A DNA stretch of 62,281 nucleotides, the filler included. It is 4 parts of 4 records of this genome, joined end to end, with 100 filler letters (N's around TTAATTAATTAA, not from the genome) between each part and the next. Parts side by side here need not be neighbours in the genome. Positions count along the whole stretch, not along the records: positions 45,474 to 62,281 come from SRR20825019_2678; 3 more parts are not named here. One strand, written 5' to 3'. A model generated the notes under the pieces. The model searched no databases. It was not told where the DNA came from and was given only the letters and a program-made list of their open reading frames with translations. Positions 56,763 to 62,281 of this stretch are shown here, piece by piece. The first letter of the stretch is position 1. Each line of letters begins with the position of its first letter. The position numbers were made by a program, and so were the translations under genes.

Positions 56763-57725
56763 TTATTGCGGTTTGATGCCTGCGTTTTCAAAGATCTCTT
56801 GGTTCTGCGTATAGCTTTCGCGAACCTCGGCGGCGGCGGCGTCCAAATCTTTGTAGAGGATCGGGATGTTTGCCGCCGACACGACCTTAGCAAAATCCGC
56901 GTCGGTTTCCGCGGCCTTAAGGGCGGTGCTCAAACGTTCCAACGCCACACGTGGAGTACCTTTGGGCAGGATCAGCGTGGTACGCGAGTCCATGCCCAGC
57001 GGATAGCCTGCCTCGTTGATGGTTTCGACCTCGGGCGCCGACGGATGACGGAATGTGGTCAGCGCAACAATGGATTTCAACTCGTCGGGATATTTGTAGT
57101 GAATGCCACCGGACATAACCAAGGCCACTTGGTTGCCCAGAAGTGCGTTCATCATATCGCCACCGCCCTTAAGCGGCACGATATTTACCTCCAGCCCTTC
57201 CTTTTTGGCGATGACTTCCATGATCATGCGCGCTGTCGGGCTAAGTGATCCATAGCTGGAACCGGGATTCTCTTTCGCCCAAGCGACGAATTCCGCAAGC
57301 GTATCGTAAGGCGCGTCTTTTTGCGTTGCCAGCGACACCTGATAGGCGGTGATCATGCCCGCGTATTCGAAGTCGTCCGGCGTGAACGTCACCCGCTTCA
57401 TCATGAAAGGCTCTGTGTTGATCACACTGTTGGAATGAAACAGGATCGTATAGCCGTCTGGTTTCGCCTTCTGAAGCTCGTGCGCTGCCAGAATGCCGCC
57501 GCCGCCGGGTTTGTTCACCACATTGACCGGAACGCCAAGCTGGCCGGATAAAACCCTAGCCACGCCACGCGCCACCAGATCAGTCTGCCCTCCTGCCTTG
57601 TATCCCACAAGCACAGTCAGCGGGCGATCCGGGTACTCTTGCGCATGGGCCGCGTTTAGCCCGGTCAGCGCCATCAATGCCACGGCTGCGACCCTTAAAA
57701 ACGTTCTACGTTTCGTTGTGTACAT
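56763..57725 (-). CDS. tctC: Tripartite tricarboxylate transporter substrate-binding protein (Bug/TctC)
   Basis: YP.RP.T.LV...AGG.TD..AR, NKPG.GG and PDGYT motifs. Confidence 0.9.
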   Translation of the reverse strand: MYTTKRRTFLRVAAVALMALTGLNAAHAQEYPDRPLTVLVGYKAGGQTDLVARGVARVLSGQLGVPVNVVNKPGGGGILAAHELQKAKPDGYTILFHSNSVINTEPFMMKRVTFTPDDFEYAGMITAYQVSLATQKDAPYDTLAEFVAWAKENPGSSYGSLSPTARMIMEVIAKKEGLEVNIVPLKGGGDMMNALLGNQVALVMSGGIHYKYPDELKSIVALTTFRHPSAPEVETINEAGYPLGMDSRTTLILPKGTPRVALERLSTALKAAETDADFAKVVSAANIPILYKDLDAAAAEVRESYTQNQEIFENAGIKPQ

Positions 57726-57743
57726 CTGTTTTCCTCCCAGTTT

Positions 57744-59279
57744 TCAGATTTGCGATTGTTTGGTCGTGCCCACATCCAACGCGACCTTTTGCGCGGCAAG
57801 ACCTCTGTTGGTCCGGTTGATCCAGAACACCGTGACGACAGTCAGCACGGCAAAGCCGATAGCAATCGGATGCGCCGACAGACGCATGACGTCGTGATCC
57901 AGGATTTGAAGGGACTGGCGAAAGGTCAGTTCGAGATTGGGACCAATCACGAAACCGATCAAAAAGGTGACAAAGGAAAAGTCCAGCTTGCGCGCGAAAT
58001 AGCCCAGCAGTGCAAAGCCCAGCATGACATAGACCGAGAACAACGTGTTCGTGTCCATGTAGGCCCCAACGCAACACAAGAACAACACAACCGGAATGAT
58101 CATCCGGATCGGCACGCGGATAATCTGTGCAAAAATGCGTTGGCCAGTGTAGCCGACAATCAGAAGGACTAGGCTGGCGCAAAGCATCGCGGCATAGAGA
58201 TCGGCTACCATCTGCGGCTGTTCTATGAACATCATCGGTCCCGGTGTGAGCCCGTGCAGAACCAGCGCAGAAATCAATATCGCCGCGATCACGCTGCCCG
58301 GAATACCCAATGCGAACAGCGGTACAAAGCTTGCTGGGACTACCGCGTTGTCCGCGCTTTCGGCTGCGGCGACGCCTTCGATCATACCGGTGCCGAATTC
58401 TTCAGGCGTCTTCGAAGACCGTTGCGTCGCCCCGTAAGACAGAAAAGACCCGACACTGGCGCCCAAGCCCGGCAGGATGCCGACCACCGACCCGATCAGC
58501 GTGCCGCGCCCGATCACCGGCAGGCACCGGCGCCATTCTGCCAGCGTAACCCGCCGATCATCCGGCGAGGAGCTGTCGTTGATCTTTTCGGCTTCGCTGT
58601 CGATCCTGTGGGCATTGCCGGCCTGAATGACCATTTCGGAAATTGCCAACATCCCGATCGCCATCGGTACGAGCGAAATGCCGTCATCCAGCTCCAACAG
58701 GCCAAAAGTCATGCGCGGGATAAACGTTTCTGTTTCTATCCCGATGGTCGCGAAAAAGACGCCAAAGGCGGCCGCGATCAGCCCCTTGAGCATGGAACGC
58801 CCAGCAAGCCCTCCGATGAACGTCAATGAAAACAGCAAGATGGCGCACAACTCGACCGGGCCGATCAAGAGCGCGTAGCGCGCCAGAGGTGCAGCCAGGG
58901 CGATCAGGACCAGGGTGGAAAGGAAATCGCCAATAACTGAGGCGAACAGTCCCATCTTGAGCGCCTTCTGGGCCTTGCCCTGCCGTGCCAACGGATAGCC
59001 ATCGAGGGCCGTGGGTGCCGAAGACGGCTCTCCGGGTGTATTTAGCAGGATGGCCGATACGGCACTGCCCGCCGCGCTGCCTTTGGCAATTCCGATCAGC
59101 AATGCAATGGCTGCGACCGGTTGCAGGTAGAACGTCATGGGGATCGCCACAGCCACGCCGGTGGCCTTGCCCAATCCCGGCAAAGCGCCAAGGACATAGC
59201 CCAGTGTGACACCAACGGTCACCCAGAACAAAGTGACCGGCGTCAGAACGTTTTGAAAACCGATAAGAAGATGTTCCAT
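57744..59279 (-). CDS. tctA: TTT large permease
   Basis: GALPGL, AILLN.PG, DGYPLA.QG, ESA.NA and LGIPG motifs. Confidence 0.93.
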   Translation of the reverse strand: MEHLLIGFQNVLTPVTLFWVTVGVTLGYVLGALPGLGKATGVAVAIPMTFYLQPVAAIALLIGIAKGSAAGSAVSAILLNTPGEPSSAPTALDGYPLARQGKAQKALKMGLFASVIGDFLSTLVLIALAAPLARYALLIGPVELCAILLFSLTFIGGLAGRSMLKGLIAAAFGVFFATIGIETETFIPRMTFGLLELDDGISLVPMAIGMLAISEMVIQAGNAHRIDSEAEKINDSSSPDDRRVTLAEWRRCLPVIGRGTLIGSVVGILPGLGASVGSFLSYGATQRSSKTPEEFGTGMIEGVAAAESADNAVVPASFVPLFALGIPGSVIAAILISALVLHGLTPGPMMFIEQPQMVADLYAAMLCASLVLLIVGYTGQRIFAQIIRVPIRMIIPVVLFLCCVGAYMDTNTLFSVYVMLGFALLGYFARKLDFSFVTFLIGFVIGPNLELTFRQSLQILDHDVMRLSAHPIAIGFAVLTVVTVFWINRTNRGLAAQKVALDVGTTKQSQI

Positions 59280-59286
59280 GTCCCGG

Positions 59287-59736
59287 TCACACGATCGCGG
59301 TGCCGAGCACTTTGTAGAAAAGCACCCAGGTCGCCAGCAACAAGCCTGCGGGCATCAGAACCAAGATCAAAGGCCGGTGCTCACCCAGCAAGACGAGTGT
59401 CCCTGCAATCAGAGCGATCCCCGCGCCAAGCGGCGTTCCAAGCCAGAACAATACTAATGCGACGGCAAAGACCGCTGAAACTTTCAGCAACGCAATCATT
59501 TCGCTGCTTGAAAATACGACTACGGGCAGCAACGACGGTGCATCCGCTTGGCGCAGGCTTTTCACGATCAGCAGCCCTGCCAATCCGACAATGACGATCA
59601 TCGCTAGATTGGGAACCAGCCGAGGTGAAACATATCCTGCTGGAGCCTCCTCGATCTGCATCGGGATCACGAATGCCAGCATCAACAGCCCGAAGACCGC
59701 CAGCACCATCCCCGATATAAGGTCCGCTTTTTTCAT
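59287..59736 (-). CDS. tctB: TTT small permease
   Basis: 149-aa hydrophobic protein; SPR..P motif; GGGAGG RBS; upstream of tctA. Confidence 0.85.
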   Translation of the reverse strand: MKKADLISGMVLAVFGLLMLAFVIPMQIEEAPAGYVSPRLVPNLAMIVIVGLAGLLIVKSLRQADAPSLLPVVVFSSSEMIALLKVSAVFAVALVLFWLGTPLGAGIALIAGTLVLLGEHRPLILVLMPAGLLLATWVLFYKVLGTAIV

Positions 59737-59893
59737 AAAAGTCCTCCCTTTTGACAGCCTGCGCGCACACTCGACCGATCTGTCGCGCATAACTGTCATT
59801 GTTGCCAGCGCCACCTCCATGGCCCGGGCTCTCCCCTGCTTCAGGGGTAACGAAGCTCAGCTAAAAGGAGTAGCCGGAAGATTCTTCAATGTG

Positions 59894-59908
59894 ATAGAAA
59901 TTTCTTAT
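59894..59908. promoter_or_regulatory. LysR T-N11-A box overlapping the LysR start
   Basis: ATAGAAATTTCTTAT. Confidence 0.55.
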
Positions 59909-60866
59909 GACCAGTTCAGCCCCCCATCTCGACAGGCTTCGTTTGCGCCAGCTTCGTCTGCTTGAGCTGATCGACACCCATCGGTCCTTACGGGCGGTGG
60001 GCGAAGTGATGAACCTGACCCAGCCGGCTGTTTCGCAGATGCTGAAAGATCTCGAATTTGCTTTTGGTGTCACATTGGTAGACCGGTCAGTCCGTGGCGC
60101 GATGCTCAGCCCGCTGGGACAACTCGCCTTGCAGAGGGCCCGTACGGGGCTGGCAATCTTTGACAATCTTGCGGCGGATTTGCACGCTGATCTACCAACT
60201 GTTGTGCGTGTCGGAACCAATCCCGCCGTCATGCTGGATCTTGTGCCGTCTGCCTTGCGCCATATGGAAGCGCATCGCGCCAACATCCGTTTTCGCATCG
60301 AGGCTGGAACGGTCGGCAACATGATGTCCGGTCTGCTCAACGGTGATCTGGATTGCTATGTCGGGCGCGTAGACTGGACCGCAACGCCTGAGCAAATGGC
60401 TGAAACATTGCGGTATGACCCTCTGACCGAGACCAGCCTTGTCGTGGCCTGTTCGGTCGATCACCCGCTTGCGAACCGCACCAGTGTCTCCGCGACCGAG
60501 CTGGCACAATGGCCCTGGGCCATGCCGTCCGGTGATACGAACAACCGCCGCAGCATCGAAACAGCCTTTCGCAACTGTGGCGTGCAAGCGCCGGTTCCAG
60601 TGGTCGAGGTTTCAGCTGATCCCACATCACTTTTGCGTCTGACCCAACGGATCGAGCTTCTGACCTGTCTGCCAAAGATCGTTCTGGAAACCTATGCAGC
60701 CGAGGGCCGGATCGTCCCACTGGTCACTCCCGACCTTGATTTCCTGCGTATCCAGACCTGTTTTGTGACCCTGCGGGAAAACGACACCCTGCAATCTTTG
60801 CAAATGCTACGCGAGGCATTGGTGCACGTCTGCTTGGAACGCCCGGACGTGACTGAGGGCGGCTAG
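59907..60866 (+). CDS. LysR-family regulator
   Basis: LRLRQLRL...SL.A....NLTQPAVS..LK.LE...G..L..R HTH. Confidence 0.93.
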   Translation: MTSSAPHLDRLRLRQLRLLELIDTHRSLRAVGEVMNLTQPAVSQMLKDLEFAFGVTLVDRSVRGAMLSPLGQLALQRARTGLAIFDNLAADLHADLPTVVRVGTNPAVMLDLVPSALRHMEAHRANIRFRIEAGTVGNMMSGLLNGDLDCYVGRVDWTATPEQMAETLRYDPLTETSLVVACSVDHPLANRTSVSATELAQWPWAMPSGDTNNRRSIETAFRNCGVQAPVPVVEVSADPTSLLRLTQRIELLTCLPKIVLETYAAEGRIVPLVTPDLDFLRIQTCFVTLRENDTLQSLQMLREALVHVCLERPDVTEGG

Positions 60867-61016
60867 GGGGCGCAGCCGTGCCGGAATAAGGGTCGCGAAC
60901 GCGGATCAGAAGCGCCCACAATTTTCAAAAAAACAATAGCCAACAAAAACACTCAGGATTGTAAAACTCCCTGCCCCCCTCTAGGTTCGCCACCGAATCG
61001 CAAGAGGAAGCAACGG

Positions 61017-62075
61017 ATGTCCTTTCAGAAGACCCCACCTAAATCTGCCTGCGTCGATGGCACGGGTTGGCTTGCCACATCCGACAGCGCCGCATTCTAT
61101 GATCAGGTGCTGGATGCCTGCAAACTGTGGGAACTGCCCGTGACCCGACAGGGCGATGCCAAGTTGGTGGTGACCTCCGACCTTGGTGAGATCCGTTTTG
61201 ACACAGCAGGGGCAAAAGTAGGTATCTCCATTGCCTCGGACAATGACGCCAACCTTTTCATGTTGCGCGAAACCGTGGCCGCGCAGATCGACTATTTCTC
61301 GCCCGAACTGGCCGAAGCGCTGACATGGCAGGCCGCACCGGTCACGGGCACGATGCCACCCAATTTCAAACTGGCCAAAGTACTGTCCGTGACCCCCGCG
61401 GGTGCACATTTCTGGCGGCTTTCGGTGACGGGCGAGGCTTTGGATGCCTTTGCGCGTACAGGCCTGCACATCAGACTGGCGTTGCCTGCGAAAACCGGCA
61501 CCGCGCAATGGCCCCAGTTGAACGAAAAGGGACGCGTGCGCTGGCCAGCGAAGACGGCGCTGCATGTCGCGGTTTATACGGTGCGATCCTTTAATCTGGC
61601 CACGGGCGTGCTGGATATCGACGTGTTCCGCCATGTGGGAGGCCCCACCTGCGACTGGCTGGAACAGGCAGCCAGCGGGGATATGGTCGGCCTGATGGGT
61701 CCAGGCGGCGGTTGGGTGCCCGATACACCGCACCTGGTGATCGCAGGCGATGAAACCGCCCTGCCCGCCATTGCCCGCATTCTGGAAGCCATGCCTGACA
61801 CCACCACAGGCACGGCGCTGATCGAAATGGCCGATGTCTGCGACTATTCGCTGCCTGCCTGTCCGGATGCGATGCAGATGCACCTGCTGTCGCGTGCACG
61901 TGGTGACACGCTCGAAGCCGCGCTGGAGAGCGCTGATCTGGGCACGCCGGGGCAACGCTTTGTCTGGTTTGCCGCTGAAAAAGACCGCGCCACTGCCATG
62001 CGCCAGATGCTGCGCGAGACCAAAGGCGTGGACCGGCAAGAATCCTACGTCACCGCATATTGGCAACGGGGCTGA
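61017..62075 (+). CDS. Siderophore-interacting protein (ViuB/YqjH) with an extra N-terminal domain
   Basis: GLH.RL..P, YTVR, D.F.H, GPGGG, GDETALPAI.R and W.AAE...AYW motifs. Confidence 0.9.
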   Translation: MSFQKTPPKSACVDGTGWLATSDSAAFYDQVLDACKLWELPVTRQGDAKLVVTSDLGEIRFDTAGAKVGISIASDNDANLFMLRETVAAQIDYFSPELAEALTWQAAPVTGTMPPNFKLAKVLSVTPAGAHFWRLSVTGEALDAFARTGLHIRLALPAKTGTAQWPQLNEKGRVRWPAKTALHVAVYTVRSFNLATGVLDIDVFRHVGGPTCDWLEQAASGDMVGLMGPGGGWVPDTPHLVIAGDETALPAIARILEAMPDTTTGTALIEMADVCDYSLPACPDAMQMHLLSRARGDTLEAALESADLGTPGQRFVWFAAEKDRATAMRQMLRETKGVDRQESYVTAYWQRG

Positions 62076-62114
62076 CATAGCACCCTTTGATCATCCCCTT
62101 CGAGAGGACACCTC

Positions 62115-62281
62115 ATGAGACACCTTCTGGCACTTGTATTGACCACGCTCTGGACCACGGCCACCCTCGCGCAGGACTATCCGCTGTCAGTGCCCCATGC
62201 GTTTGGCGAAACGGTGATCGAGGCCAAGCCTGTGCGGATCGCCTCTGTGGGCTGGGCCAATCACGAGGTGCCGCTGGCGCT
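62115..62281 (+). CDS. Iron-siderophore ABC substrate-binding protein, cut by window end; absent from the ORF track
   Basis: GAGG RBS; MRHLLALVLTTLWTTATLAQDYPLSVPHAFGETVIEAKPVRIASVGWANHEVPLA. Confidence 0.88.
   Translation, partial: MRHLLALVLTTLWTTATLAQDYPLSVPHAFGETVIEAKPVRIASVGWANHEVPLA

Noticed and set aside
60900-61016. Iron-regulator box upstream of the siderophore genes
   Set aside because: AT-rich, but I could not identify a convincing Fur, RirA, Irr or Iron-Rhodo palindrome.
1-62281. tRNA, rRNA, integrase, transposase, prophage or defence genes
   Set aside because: None recognised; the matrix island shows no mobility genes or flanking direct repeats that I could see.

Overview
The window is not one continuous locus. 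It is four contigs (1-6396, 6497-13634, 13735-45373, 45474-62281) joined by artificial 100-bp N44-TTAATTAATTAA-N44 linkers, so adjacency across linkers means nothing. Gene content looks alphaproteobacterial (inference). Contig 1: partial cyoA, an MFS transporter and a TPP-riboswitch-controlled thiamine salvage operon (thiM-thiE-thiD-thiY-tenA-ABC). Contig 2: a LacI regulator and a sugar-acid operon (TRAP, enolase-superfamily dehydratase, idnO, idnD). Contig 3: an aromatic catabolic cluster (ThDP enzyme, 2,4'-dihydroxyacetophenone dioxygenase, ALDH, ABC, AraC), a ~17-kb putative extracellular-matrix island, and an amino-sugar ABC/nanE operon. Contig 4: sarcosine oxidase genes, an orphan hutFG/IclR/TAXI-TRAP module, a TTT/CoA-transferase/LysR module and siderophore-utilisation genes. 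The main candidate is the island at 22836-40026. It has (i) a type I secretion system with two signal-peptide-less, non-RTX acidic repeat proteins, one an extreme Asn/Asp/Ser repeat protein, sharing an internal motif pair; (ii) a CsgD/VpsT-like pseudo-receiver LuxR and a stand-alone SARP regulator; and (iii) a UDP-xylose supply + GT2 synthase + CBM60-like module + Tat-lipoprotein GH10 xylanase set that reads like a bacterial xylan-type polysaccharide synthesis system. All calls come from motif and family recognition by eye; no searches were run, so novelty is unverified.
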